DNA from: Octopus bimaculoides
Taxonomy: Eukaryota
Length of the DNA stretch: 63,151 bases
Assembly: GCF_001194135.2 (NCBI RefSeq)
Contig: NC_068984.1
Location: 118,786,319 to 118,849,469, forward strand
Reading direction: 5' to 3'
In this document: piece by piece, positions 27,105 through 40,225 of the stretch
How positions within the stretch are numbered: the stretch's first letter is position 1
Layout of the letters: every line of letters begins with the position of its first letter
Translations under genes and position numbers: made by a program
The notes under the pieces: generated by a model
The model's input: only the letters and a program-made list of their open reading frames with translations
Told to the model about the DNA's origin: nothing
Databases searched by the model: none

Positions 27105-27556
27105 TTTTGTTGTTATGTGGTGATTTGTGTGCCTCAATGAGCCTGAGAACTATGCCAGTGGAGTGCAAGCTCCCGGTAGCACCTCACCCCCGACCAAGCT
27201 GAACAGGTCAAAAGATAGAGGCCCCAGCTAATATGGACCATCTCTTCCCAAAGGTAAAAAGAAAAAAAACATCCCTACCTAGAAAAAGCAAAGATACAGA
27301 AGCATCAATGATAATTCAAAACTGACAAGACCTGGGAACAGAAGGTCTTCCCTCAGGAAAAAAAAAAAAAAAACCCACAAGGGAGGTAGAAAAGAGGACA
27401 CACTAAAAATAGCTGGTGGAGGGATACTGAGGTAGAAGTGAAAAAGCAGGGATCATACAGGAGGGAGCAGAAAAGACAGCCTAGGTCAAGAACACTGGAG
27501 AAAAATCATTGATGGTCTTTGCTCCATACAGAATGAAAGGCTTATGTAAGTAAGTG
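27105..27556 (+). mobile_element. Bipartite non-autonomous RTE derivative (5'UTR-like part joined to ORF/3' end)
   Basis: 27105-27250 resembles RTE/Expander 5'UTRs (gtgcctcaatgagcctgagaactatg...ggtagcacctcaccc...caggtcaaaag). About 27370-27545 encodes NPQGR*KRGHTKNSWWRDTEVEVKKQG...WRKIIDGLCS and ends in a (TAAG)n tail. Confidence 0.6.
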
Positions 27557-28209
27557 ACCTCACGGCTTGCTTCCACAAAACTCAAACTCAAAGAAAGTGT
27601 GGAGAGTCAACAGACAACATTACCCTCACACCAGAAGAATATAAATGGATTGCAATATCTCTTCAGTGAACAATGATCAGATTTGAAATTCAATTATTGA
27701 TAACTATTACCAGACTAAAGGAAGCAATAGAGCAAATAGCGTTTAGACATTTCTTTGAGGAGATATGAAAACAATTAATCAGTCTACAATAGAGAAAAAG
27801 CATAAACATATCTAGTGCCAATCATTTTGTCTACCTTTTACAAATTTTACAATTAAGCAGTCATCCCTGGCAACAAAATAGTAAATAATTCATTTGTAAT
27901 ATACCACATACTGCGGAAGGTTTTGTTAAGAGGAAATCTGATAATTTCTAAAGTTTGAACTAAAAGTGTATGTATATACATCATCATTATCATCATCATC
28001 ATTATTATCATTATCATTGTTTAACGTTTGGTCTCCATGTTGGCATGGGTTGGATGGTTTGATATGGAGCTGTCCAGACTCCAACTGTATGTTGTGGCGT
28101 GATTTCTACAGCTGGATGTCCTTCCTAATGCCAACCACTTAACAGAGTGTGCCGGGTGCTTTTTACGTGTCACCATCATGAGTGTGTTAACGCAGTACCA
28201 GCACAGGTA

Positions 28210-28935
28210 CTTTTTAAGTGGTATCAAAAAGTTCCCGAACTAGTACTGCAGCGTGCCAACAGGTGGCAGCACACAGTTGCATGCACAGTGAGAACTCGCT
28301 GTGACTTTCATGAGGCAGTGTGCTGAGTGACATTGCTGTGTTTACTTCCCAACTTGTGAAATTTGTGTTTTTGTGATCACATGTATGTTGTAGTCTGATT
28401 TTGTCATGGACAGAAACAAAGAGCCAACATAAAATTTTGTGTTAAACTTTAGGAAGTCTGCTACAGGGACATTGAACATGTTTTGACAAGCTTACAACAA
28501 CACGGCAATGGGTCGTAAGAAACGTTTCAAATGGCACAGGTGCTTCAAAAGTGGAAGACAATGAGTGATCTGGAAGAGCTGCTATAAGTGTCACCCCCAG
28601 AAATGTGATACTGTGCATCAAGAATTCAATTCCAGAAGCCAGACCATCAATCGAGAGTTCTACTGCAATGTTTTGAAGTGTTTGAGAAAGGACATTCAGT
28701 GAAAGTGACCAGATCTGTGGAGTGTGAAGAACTGGATTCTTCACTGAGCTCTCCTCACTCGTATGGAGAGCTCTACTCACAACATGATATCCCTTCCACA
28801 CCCACCCTATTCGGACTTCCATCTCTTCCTCAAGATGAAAATGCAGTTCATAAGTTGCCATTTTAACATCTTTGTTGAGATCCAGAGCAAATAACAGAAA
28901 GTCCTCAACTTGCTTATGGAAAATGACTTCCATAG
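28210..28935 (+). mobile_element. Internally deleted mariner (Tc1/mariner) transposon fossil
   Basis: TIR-like GGTATCAAAAAGTTCCCGAACT. N-terminal remnant MDRNKE..NIKFCVKL.KSATGTLNM..QAY..F.WHRCFKSGR, then VHQEF..SQTINREFYCNVLKCLRKDIQ*K*PDLW..KNWILH, a HPPYSxDL-like remnant and LKMKMQ..HFN..EIQS. Many stops. Confidence 0.85.
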
Positions 28936-30959
28936 AAAATTAATTCTATGGATAGACCAAGAATGAGATGATTGGATAATATCCATAGTCTCAGTTCATC
29001 ACAATGGGAATACAGCCATAAAGTCTCATGTTAGTTGTTTCCAGTAGGACCCTATTAAGTGAGTGCTTGAGGACTCTACCCTCAACAGCCCTCCAAGGAT
29101 AGCAGGCAGAGAAGATAAATGGATGGATGGATGATAAAAGAGCAGAAGTTACATAATCACCTTCATCACCTTACAGATGTTTCAGTTGTAAGAAATCAGG
29201 CATCTACTTTGAGTACCATTGTGACATCTTGCAAATTCATCAGAACCATTTGAATAGCTCTGAGAAAGCTATATGCTGGTCCTGGTTTCAATCCTAGAGT
29301 TCAGCACCTCAGAGAAACGTCTTCTACTATAGCTACAGTTTGAATCATGCCTTGTGCTTGTATATGCTCATCGTTAGTAGACTTAAACCTTTACCTTTTT
29401 TAATACCACTATATGGTTTTAAATACCTTTAGTAGAGTCTACTGTGTCACAAGCATTCAGGCCATGTTTTCAGACTAAAGACATCTTGGTATTTAACCTT
29501 TTGTTATCATATTTCTGCAAAAATATCCTGTCTTTGTTTCGATTAATTTTGAAAACAATGTGTGATTGATGCTTTGTTATTTAGCACCATTGGAACTATT
29601 TTGATAGCACTAAACATAATACAGAGATTGAATTGTCCTTTAGTAAGCATACTTCTAGAAGAGAGATGAAAAATCATTTTTTAAAAATTAATACAAAGGG
29701 ACAATATCACTTGTTACTTTAAACTTAACAAGCTATAAATGAGGTTATTGCAAAGAAAATATGTTATAAGGTGAAAGTTCAGGAAGAAAATTATGGAGCA
29801 GATGTGTGTAAATGGACAAAGTTGCTGGCAATTTGATTATTATTTCCAACAGATATAAACAAAAACCTCTTTGATGGTTATTAATACAAGAGCGAAACTT
29901 ATAATTCACTAATAGATTTCATGACAGATATCAACTACAAACTAGCCGTCTAAAATATGAATCAATATCTCTGATGGTACAGTATTTCTGTGACATTTAA
30001 GCATTTCTGAAGAAAGCGTTCATTACTGGACACTTTAGTAGGAAATGGTACAGGATTCAAAAGTCAAAATTATAAACTTTATCACAGACTGTACCCTTAA
30101 TGTGAATTAACATTACTAGCTTCAGTCAGTTTGAAAATAAGAATCAACTTCAGTTTGACAAATGAGTGGTTGACATTAAAATGAGCATATATTGTAAAAT
30201 ATGTGTCAACAATTTGAAGAAATATATCAATTTGTAGAACCTTGATTCCTGTGTAAGTATAGAAAACTGGATGAAAACATGTAACCAGTATCAATTTTTA
30301 TAATCTTTCATAACTTTTGAATTTTTGAAATCATCATCACTGTTTTTTGACTTCCACTATTGCATGGTTGCATGGGTCAAACAGAATTCAATGAGGCAGA
30401 TGTTCTATGGTTAGATGGCCTTCCTATCACCAACGCTTACTTGTTTCCAAGTAAGGTAAAATTTCTCAATGGTCAGACATGTTTTGCATATGGAAAGTTG
30501 GAAACAAACAATAGTCATTTACAAACATTACATGATGTCAAGACAAAGGAAGACACATACTTTGTGTGCGTGTGTATGTGTGTGTGTGTGTGTGTCTGTA
30601 CACATACACATGACAGTCTTCTTTAACTCTCCTACCCAATCCAATGAAAGACTTTGATCAGCTCAAGTTACAGAAGACACTTGCCCAATGTGCCATACAG
30701 TGGGACTGAATATGAAACCACATGGTTGGGAAGCAAACTTCTTAACCACATAACTATGCCTGCATCTATTCTTAACAACACAGCTGGCTGAAATATTTGT
30801 TTTAAATTTATAAATTAAGCAAGAAATGATTTCAATTTCTTATTTTTAATTCTACACTTATAAAGATGCCCTGTGCATACGTACTTATATGTACAACCAG
30901 TCTTTCTGCTGTCCATCATTTTACAAGTTGCTCTTTGACCATTTAAAAAAATATAGTGT

Positions 30960-31310
30960 AAAAACTCCCTTCAGTCATGAATGATCGTGGCACTCAGAAA
31001 GTTACCTTCCAAGGCACAAATCCAGGCAAAGTTGTTTATGGAAGACCTGCAGTCACCCATGCATACCATGTTACTGATGTTATCCAAGGGAAAGGCAAAG
31101 GCCAATACAGCTTGGCACCAGTGATGTTGCAACTAATTTCTACAGCTGAGTGAACTGGAACATGNNNNNNNNNNGCAACTAATTTCTACAGCTGAGTGAA
31201 CTGGAACATGAAATAAAGTGTCTTGCTCAAGAACACAACACACAGCCTAGTCCAGGAATCGAACTCCCTACCTCATGATTGTGAGCCTGATGCTCTAACT
31301 ACTGAGCCTT
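30960..31310 (-). mobile_element. Family C-related SINE copy (contains a 10-N gap)
   Basis: Shares gctgagtgaactgga...tcttgctcaagaacacaac...ggaatcgaactc..ctctaac with other family C heads. Confidence 0.6.
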
Positions 31311-31554
31311 TGAACACTGTTGGGGAAATACACTGTGTGGGCCATCTATTATGTAAGCCTGTTCAACAAGGGTTCTGATAATGTCTAACAAACTCAACTT
31401 CAACTATTTCTTTAAATTCAAAACTAACTTCCTTATCTTTACTTCAGAACAGTCCAAAATTATTGGATTACAAATAGCTTTAATCACAGATTTTATCAAA
31501 AAGATTTTTTCAGAGCTAAATAATGATTGAGATCCATTTCTCTCTGAAATTAAA

Positions 31555-32092
31555 GCTTAATTCCTTTGATACCAATCATCCTCAGACTAACCTTGGTTCA
31601 ACGATGCAAACTCCCTTTTAATCTAAATTAAAATCATCCATCAAATTTTGTGTTAATTTATGTTCCAAACACCAGATTCATAATGACAATATTATTTTAA
31701 CTTTTTTATTATCTTTAAAATTAATTGAATCAAAGACAGTGCATTCAACAGAAATATTATAACAAAAGGTCAGAATGATCTAAATTAAAATCTTCCAATA
31801 AAATTTCATGTTAATTTATGTTCCAAACACTAGCTTATTAATGTCAAAATTATTTAACGAACTTCATTATTTTCAAAATTAATTGCAACAAAGATTGTAT
31901 TTCAACAGAAATTTAGCAACAAAAGGTTCAAAATGATCTAAATTAAAACCATCCATCAAAATTTCATGTTAATTTATATTTCAAACACCATCTTAATAAT
32001 AAAGTTATTTTACTTAAGTTCTTCATTATTTTCAAAATTAATTGAAACAAATGCAGTGTATTTCAACAGAAATATGGTAACAAAAGAGTTAA
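31555..32092. repeat. piggyBac-type (TTAA-flanked) MITE with three tandem copies of its ~157-bp arm
   Basis: Three units starting atctaaattaaaa..catcaaaatttcatgttaatttatgttccaaacac and ending cagaaatatggtaacaaaag; terminal gagttaa. Confidence 0.75.
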
Positions 32093-32634
32093 ACCATTTG
32101 TAGCAAATGTAATAAAATCTGACTCTAGACACCATCAAAATTAATATTTTATTTGTTTGACTTTATGTACATTCCACCTATGAAGTAGTATTGTTAACAG
32201 GAGACTAATTAAGTTGTATTATCTTAGAGTATGTGATGTCGAGTTAATAAAAAATTAAAATATTTCAGTCAGATTTCATCAATCAACGTAAGTAGGATGA
32301 GTAATGTAATAACCTCAACAGGAATTGAACCAAAGCTGAAGTTCAATGCTGTAAGTAAACATTAGCAGTATTATTGGCTTAATGCTCACTTGACCATACT
32401 GGTATGGATTAGACGGAATTCCATGAAGATATTTTCTATAACTGGATACCTTTCCTGTTGCCAGTCGTTACTCATTCCCAAGCAAAGTAATATTTCCCCA
32501 TGACTAGACATGTTTTCAAAGAAGATAGAAAATGCATGATGCTGGTGTTCATTTATGACTAATTTGTGATGTCAAGACAAGGAGACACAAAAACACAAAA
32601 TGCACACACCTACACATTTACGTGTGTGTGTTAT

Positions 32635-32860
32635 TTCTTTACTACCCACAAGGGGCTACACACAGAAGGGACAAACAAGGACAGACAAATGGATTAAGTC
32701 GATTATATCGACCCCAGTGTGTAACTGGTACTTATTTAATTGACCCCGAAAGGATGAAAGGCAAAGTCGACCTCGGCAGAATTTGAACTCAGAACGTAGC
32801 AGCAGACGAAATACCGCTAAGCATTTCGCCCGGCATGCTAACGTTTCTGCCAGCTGCCGC
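32635..32860 (-). mobile_element. Full-length tRNA-derived SINE (family B; central domain resembling MetaSINE Meta domain)
   Basis: Minus strand: ggcggcagctggcagaaacgttagcatgccgggcgaaatgcttagcgg...ctgagttcaaattctgccgaggtcgactttgcctttcatcctttcggggtcaattaaataagtaccag. Meta-domain assignment is from recall. Confidence 0.8.
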
Positions 32861-34616
32861 CTTGTGTGTGTGCGTATGTGTGTGTGTGCGCGTGTGCGTG
32901 CATGCATGCATTCACAAGATGGGCTTCTTTCAGTTTTTGTCAACCAAATACACTCCAGGTTTTGGCCAGCTCAGGGCTATAGTAGAAGACAGTTATTCAA
33001 GCTGTCACAATATGGTACTGAGCTCAAAACCACATGGTTGGGAAGCAAACTTCTTAATCATGCTTGCACCTATACATTCCTCGTCACTTCCTTCAATGCA
33101 TCAGCCCCCCACTCTCTCGAGTGATATTTTCTGGCATGTTATTTGCCATTGCTACAAAAAAGATGTGCCTGGTACACTTTGTAAAGTGGTTGGCATTAGG
33201 AACCACTGCCAAAGCAGACACTGATGCTCAATGCAGTCTTCTGGTTCATTGGATCCTCTTGAGCCATCCAACCCATTACTGTGTCAGTTTATCCATTCCT
33301 TTTTGCACTATTCTGGCAACTGATGAGGGATTGAAAAGGTTCTGAACTTGATGGAAGAATGTTGGCATACAGTCTTATATACATAATTAAACAATATTGG
33401 GCAGCAGCTTAATATGATAATAGAATGAATGCCAAGACAGAAAAGAAAGTTGTTCAAGAACTGATGTACCTAGAAGGGAAAACACACTTGGTTCAGTCTG
33501 TCACAGGTGGCAACAGAAAGAGCACCTAATCATGGAAAATCCAGGCTAAAATATCAGCACGTAAAGCATGATGATGATGATGATGATACTTCTAAGTGGC
33601 TTACTGGAGAGCCACTTGTATACATCCTCATGTTGCATGCCACCATCTTCAAGTTAAGGCTAATATGATAGCATGGGTCATCATCATAAGCTTTTCTATA
33701 GTGGAAAATAGAGTTGAGTTGTTACCACTCCTACCTTTAATGATACTCCCTGGATGGAATGCCAGTCCATTGCACAGTTCACTTCCAGGTGTTACCAGCA
33801 CTTGTTTTCAATTGGAGCAATGTGAAATGAAGTGCTTTGTTCAAGGACCCAAAGTATTGCTAAGACTGGTAATCAGGGTTCACAATCTATGGTTCTGGGC
33901 CCAACACCTTCATCACAAGGTTAAAGCAAGTCATCTTGGTGGAGCTCATTCCTTCATATTTATAGGATTTAAACAGGGTACTTCACTTTCCTATTTGGCC
34001 TACTTGCAATCTAAACAGATTCCTGACTCAGAAATTTTGTGAATGATGAATAACAAATCATTGATACTTCAACCTGAAGACTAATACAGTCAGTTGTGAC
34101 TCGTTTTTCTAATAACTGACAAAACGGATTGAAAATCACAAAAATATTAAAATATCTTAGCAGGGGCTGAAATAATTGGTTCTGTTTTGTTTGTTTTTTC
34201 TTTACAGTGTGTGCGTGTGTGTGTTCGCGCATGCATGCACATGTGCAATTTAATCATGTGTACCAGTGTGTAAAGATGGAGAATTTTAGCTTTTACACAG
34301 CAAACTGATCTTGATGGCAAATCACTGAAATCGCTATCATAACTACCATCATCATAACTATCATCACCATCATCATCATCACCAACACCACCACTGCCAC
34401 TGCAACCACAACTACCACCACCAAAATGAAACTATGATGTGATGCATTATAAAAGAATATCCTCCACAAACATGTCAATTGATAATTTGGAATCAATTTT
34501 TTTAACATTAGTAACGCCCTTAGTAAAACACATGACTATCATAATGAGTCTAGGACATTTATCCCACTATGGACAATTACCCCTGAGGACAACAGATGAT
34601 GATTTAAAACTTCTTA

Positions 34617-34648
<32 letters not shown>

Positions 34649-36496
34649 TACTATAGGCACAAGGCCCTGAAATTTGTGGGGAGGGGATAAGTCGACTACA
34701 TCAACTCCAGTGTTTTAATGCTGCTGAGGTTGGCTTTGCCTTTCATCTTTTTGGGGTCGATAAAATAAATACCAGTTGAGTACTGGGGTTGACATAATTG
34801 CTTTTCTCTCTCCACCAAAACTTTCTGGTTTTGTGTCATAATTTGAAATCAATAATGATTCTTTCTGATTTTCACACAAGATCAGCAATTTGAAGAGAGG
34901 GAGCAACTTAATTACATCAACTTAGCACTTGACTGGCATTTTATTTTTGTCGATCCCAGGGGGATAAAAGGCAGTGTTAATCTCAGATGGATCTGGATTC
35001 AAACAGTAAAAGAGTGAGAAAAAATGCCATTAAGCATTTTGTTTGATATGCTACCAAGATAATTTGAAGTGAGAACTATTCAAAGACATTAAAGACTACA
35101 AAGTAAGTCTGTGTATAGACACCTGTCATCTTCAATGTATTCTTTGTGTATATATGAAATTATGCTACCAAAAATCTGAATCATTGGTGGTTGTTTTTGA
35201 CATGCAGTAACCCAAGACCAGAATAAAAGTTGCCAAAAAAAAAAAAAAAAAANNNNNNNNNNNNNNNNNNNNNNNNNNNNNNNNNNNNNNNNNNNNNNNN
35301 NNNNNNNNNNNNNNNNNNNNNNNNNNNNNNNNNNNNNNNNNNNNNNNNNNNNNNNNNNNNNNNNNNNNNNNNNNNNNNNNNNNNNNNNNNNNNNNNNNNN
35401 NNNNNNNNNNNNNNNNNNNNNNNNNNNNNNNNNNNNNNNNNNNNNNNNNNNNNNNNNNNNNNNNNNNNNNNNNNNNNNNNNNNNNNNNNNNNNNNNNNNN
35501 NNNNNNNNNNNNNNNNNNNNNNNNNNNNNNNNNNNNNNNNNNNNNNNNNNNNNNNNNNNNNNNNNNNNNNNNNNNNNNNNNNNNNNNNNNNNNNNNNNNN
35601 NNNNNNNNNNNNNNNNNNNNNNNNNNNNNNNNNNNNNNNNNNNNNNNNNNNNNNNNNNNNNNNNNNNNNNNNNNNNNNNNNNNNNNNNNNNNNNNNNNNN
35701 NNNNNNNNNNNNNNNNNNNNNNNNNNNNNNNNNNNNNNNNNNNNNNNNNNNNNNNCATCATCATCATCATCATTATCATCATCCAATACAGTGTAAGCAA
35801 TAAATAAGTACTGAAAAGATTGAATTGAAAAATATGTGTATCTTCAAATATTCCAGCAAAGTGATTTCAGACAACATGATATTGGACTCAGAAATTTCAT
35901 ACTGAACCAACAATCAGCAAATTCCTTGGAACTGCTATCATAAAATAGTGATGACAACATTCTGCTGCTCACCAATATCGAAATATATAGGGGCATCTTT
36001 TCAACATGGATTAGATGTATCTCTAGGTCTTAAAAAGAGATGGTTTGGAATGATTGATTTCACATTAGCTTATTAAGATCAATAAAGAGGAATACAAATA
36101 GGACGAAGTGTGAAATTGTGAAGGCAAACATTACAAGCCTATACAGCTGCTAATAAAGAAACCAAAACAAGCCAATAAGAGAGCAAATATATGGTCAATC
36201 GACATGCTAGAAATCGCAGTCAAATCTCCCTAAAATCACACCTCATCATCATTATCGTCATCCTATGGTCCAACACATGCCAGCATGGAATATGGACATT
36301 CAAATGATGATGCTTCAATACCTACTCTTCCACGTTTGCAAACATATGTTGGCTGTGTGGTAAGTAGCTTGCTTACCAACCACATGGTTCCGGGTTCAGT
36401 CCCACTGTATGGCACCTTGGGCAAGTATCTTCTACTATAGCCTCGGGCCGACCAAAGCCTTGTGAGTGGATTTGGTAGATGGAAACTGAAAGAAGC

Positions 36497-36532
<36 letters not shown>

Positions 36533-39500
36533 NNNNNNNNNNNNNNNNNNNNNNNNNNNNNNNNNNNNNNNNNNNNNNNNNNNNNNNNNNNNNNNNNNNN
36601 NNNNNNNNNNNNNNNNNNNNNNNNNNNNNNNNNNNNNNNNNNNNNNNNNNNNNNNNNNNNNNNNNNNNNNNNNNNNNNNNNNNNNNNNNNNNNNNNNNNN
36701 NNNNNNNNNNNNNNNNNNNNNNNNNNNNNNNNNNNNNNNNNNNNNNNNNNNNNNNNNNNNNNNNNNNNNNNNNNNNNNNNNNNNNNNNNNNNNNNNNNNN
36801 NNNNNNNNNNNNNNNNNNNNNNNNNNNNNNNNNNNNNNNNNNNNNNNNNNNNNNNNNNNNNNNNNNNNNNNNNNNNNNNNNNNNNNNNNNNNNNNNNNNN
36901 NNNNNNNNNNNNNNNNNNNNNNNNNNNNNNNNNNNNNNNNNNNNNNNNNNNNNNNNNNNNNNNNNNNNNNNNNNNNNNNNNNNNNNNNNNNNNNNNNNNN
37001 NNNNNNNNNNNNNNNNNNNNNNNNNNNNNNNNNNNNNNNNNNNNNNNNNNNNNNNNNNNNNNNNNNNNNNNNNNNNNNNNNNNNNNNNNNNNNNNNNNNN
37101 NNNNNNNNNNNNNNNNNNNNNNNNNNNNNNNNNNNNNNNNNNNNNNNNNNNNNNNNNNNNNNNNNNNNNNNNNNNNNNNNNNNNNNNNNNNNNNNNNNNN
37201 NNNNNNNNNNNNNNNNNNNNNNNNNNNNNNNNNNNNNNNNNNNNNNNNNNNNNNNNNNNNNNNNNNNNNNNNNNNNNNNNNNNNNNNNNNNNNNNNNNNN
37301 NNNNNNNNNNNNNNNNNNNNNNNNNNNNNNNNNNNNNNNNNNNNNAGACAACAGGCTTCTTTAGTTTCTGTCAAACAAATGCACTCAAAAGGCTTTAATC
37401 AGCCTGTGTGTTTGTGTGTGTGTGTGTGTGAGAGAGAGAGGGGGGGGAGGGACAGAGATATAGATAGATTGACAACCTACTTCTTTCAGTTTCTCTCTGC
37501 CAAATCCACTCACAAGGCTTTGGTCAGCCTGGGTCTATGGTAAAAGACACTTGCACAAGATGCCACAGTGAATGTAAATCCAAAACTATATGGATGGGAG
37601 ACAAATTTCTGAACAACACAGCTATGAATGCATCTATAATTCATCTTTAAAAAGAAAAAGGCACACTGGATAATGTAATCCTAAGTAAACTATACCTGAA
37701 CAAACAAGAAATAAGGGTGATCACAGCTGAACATCTTTGATCATAGGCCTGCTATATTTGATCTGACCTGATTCTAAAACAACAACCAGTATTAAAGCCA
37801 TGACTGCAAAAAAAAAAAATCTCAATCTTGATGGGTTAGCCATACAATTTGCAATATGGAATTATTGCTTTCCAAAATAAAGGCTACATGCTGAAGTAAA
37901 TACCATTATAGAAGTAAGTGGTCAAACAAAGAAAATTACTTAGAAATGAACTTGTCCAAAATGATACAGACCAAATCAACTAAGGAAGTCCACCTGAACC
38001 AAGCTGATCTCTCTCTCTCATCCTGCTTTTGGAAAATGACATTTTAAACTGTTTCCTGAAGACATGAAATGAATTTAGAAAAATCATTAACTGTTTTCCA
38101 TAAGCATCTAAAAATGTGTGTGTGTGTGTGAATCTCTCTCTCTCTCTCTCTCTCTCTCCCTCTCTCTCTCTCTCNNNNNNNNNNNNNNNNNNNNNNNNNN
38201 NNNNNNNNNNNNNNNNNNNNNNNNNNNNNNNNNNNNNNNNNNNNNNNNNNNNNNNNNNNNNNNNNNNNNNNNNNNNNNNNNNNNNNNNNNNNNNNNNNNN
38301 NNNNNNNNNNNNNNNNNNNNNNNNNNNNNNNNNNNNNNNNNNNNNNNNNNNNNNNNNNNNNNNNNNNNNNNNNNNNNNNNNNNNNNNNNNNNNNNNNNNN
38401 NNNNNNNNNNNNNNNNNNNNNNNNNNNNNNNNNNNNNNNNNNNNNNNNNNNNNNNNNNNNNNNNNNNNNNNNNNNNNNNNNNNNNNNNNNNNNNNNNNNN
38501 NNNNNNNNNNNNNNNNNNNNNNNNNNNNNNNNNNNNNNNNNNNNNNNNNNNNNNNNNNNNNNNNNNNNNNNNNNNNNNNNNNNNNNNNNNNNATATATAT
38601 ATATACACATATATAAATCATTACCATCATCATCATCACTTAATGTCTTCCTTGCATGCTGACATGAGTTAGATGGTTGAACAGAAGCTGGCAAGTGAGA
38701 AGACCATGCCAAGCTCTGCTGTCTGCTTTGGTATAGTTTCTATGGCTGGATGCCCTTCCTGACACCACCACTTTATAGAATGTACTGGGTGTTTTTTACA
38801 TGGAACCAGCAGTAATGAGGTCCACTAAGTAATTTGCAAGACAAGATTTCTTCAACTGAGGGGAGAGTAATAAAGAGGGAGAAGTCTTTGTTGCCAGTTG
38901 AGAAGAGATCAGAGCATGAATAGTTACCTTCTCTGTCATGCCAACTCACAAGGTCCATTTTCCTGGTTTCATAGCATATATATTCCACACCTGGATGGGA
39001 TGAAGGTCCATCGCAGGATTACTGATTTTTGCTGGAACAAAGTAAAACGAAGTGTTTTGTTCAAGAATACAACACGTCACCTGTCCAGGAATCGAAACCA
39101 CAGTCTTACAATCAGAAGTCCAATACCCTAACCACTAGTCCATGTGTCTCCACATTTGGCCATGCCTGCATCAACATAAATATAAGTATACACACATATG
39201 TATTACCAGTTTTGCCTCGATTACTATTAGTGTCATTTTAATGCTTATTTTTCTCTGTTGGAAAGATCAGGCAAACAGCATGTCTTGATCTCTTGTCATT
39301 TCATCTACAAAGCTTAATCCTAAATACAATCAGGAAAGTGGCAAGCTAAGTACAACACTACAGAAGATATGAGAATTTTCAAAGAAACAATAATAAGCCC
39401 AATACCTCCTTATCAATGTCTTTAATCATAATACTGTTGTCTTTGATCATAATGATATAAGAAATCCAATCTTCTTTAGACAGAAAGAGAGAGCACATGA

Positions 39501-39785
39501 TCTGGGGGCAGCTGGAATTAAACTTTCTTCTGCAGATTTTCGTCAGGGATGATGAGAAATGCATTACTTATCTTACTGATTATAGGATTTGTGCAGCATG
39601 TTCCATTATTATATCTTTCAAAGCCAATAATATCTGGGGTCACTGCTCGTATTGTGGTCATTGGGGTTTACACTCACATCTGCCCTTAAAGCACAAATAG
39701 CAATAGGACAATTCTGGGAGACTTCATTTGGGAACATTTGTAGCAGTCTCTGGCTTCAAGAAGTTAGGAAGACACCAGTATTAGG

Positions 39786-40225
39786 TTGATTAAATTGACC
39801 CCAGTAATTAACAGTAAAGTTGACTATGGCAGGATTCAAATTTATAATGTAGTCATAACTAAATACTTCAAGGCATCTAGTTGATTAAACTAACTCCGGT
39901 ACTTGATGGAAAAGCAATGCTGACTTTGGCAGGATTTGAAATTAGAACATAGAGATTCATAACTAAATACGGCACAGCATTCACTTGATTAAATTTAACC
40001 CTAGAACTTGACAGAAAAGCAATGTCAACTATAGCATGATTTGAAATTAGAATATAAAGATTCATAACTAAATACAGCAAGGAATATATTCAGTTGATTT
40101 AATTTAACCTCAGTACTTAAGAGAAAAACATGGTTGACTCTGACAAGATTTGAACCGAGAATGTAGAGATTTATAACTACAAGGCATTTTGTCCGATGCT
40201 CTCACAATTCTGCCAATCCACCACC
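39786..40225 (-). repeat. About 100-bp x4 degenerate tandem repeat derived from a family B SINE segment
   Basis: Units gttgattaaa..aac..cagtactt..gac..tggcaggatttgaa..agaa..tagag..cataactaaatac..gca; the last unit runs into a SINE head. Confidence 0.65.

Noticed and set aside
27912-27959. 48-nt exon candidate QTLEIIRFPLNKTFR with a GTATGT donor; similar short candidates near 1118-1191, 19330-19365 and 44120-44195
   Set aside because: Splice-like signals only. No protein-family support and no consistent chain of phases.
35973-36028. 56-nt exon candidate (D)LEIHLIHVEKMPLYISIL, phase-compatible with exon 1, with a GTGAGC donor
   Set aside because: Short, no homology recognised, and expected by chance in 60 kb. 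Not annotated without RNA evidence.
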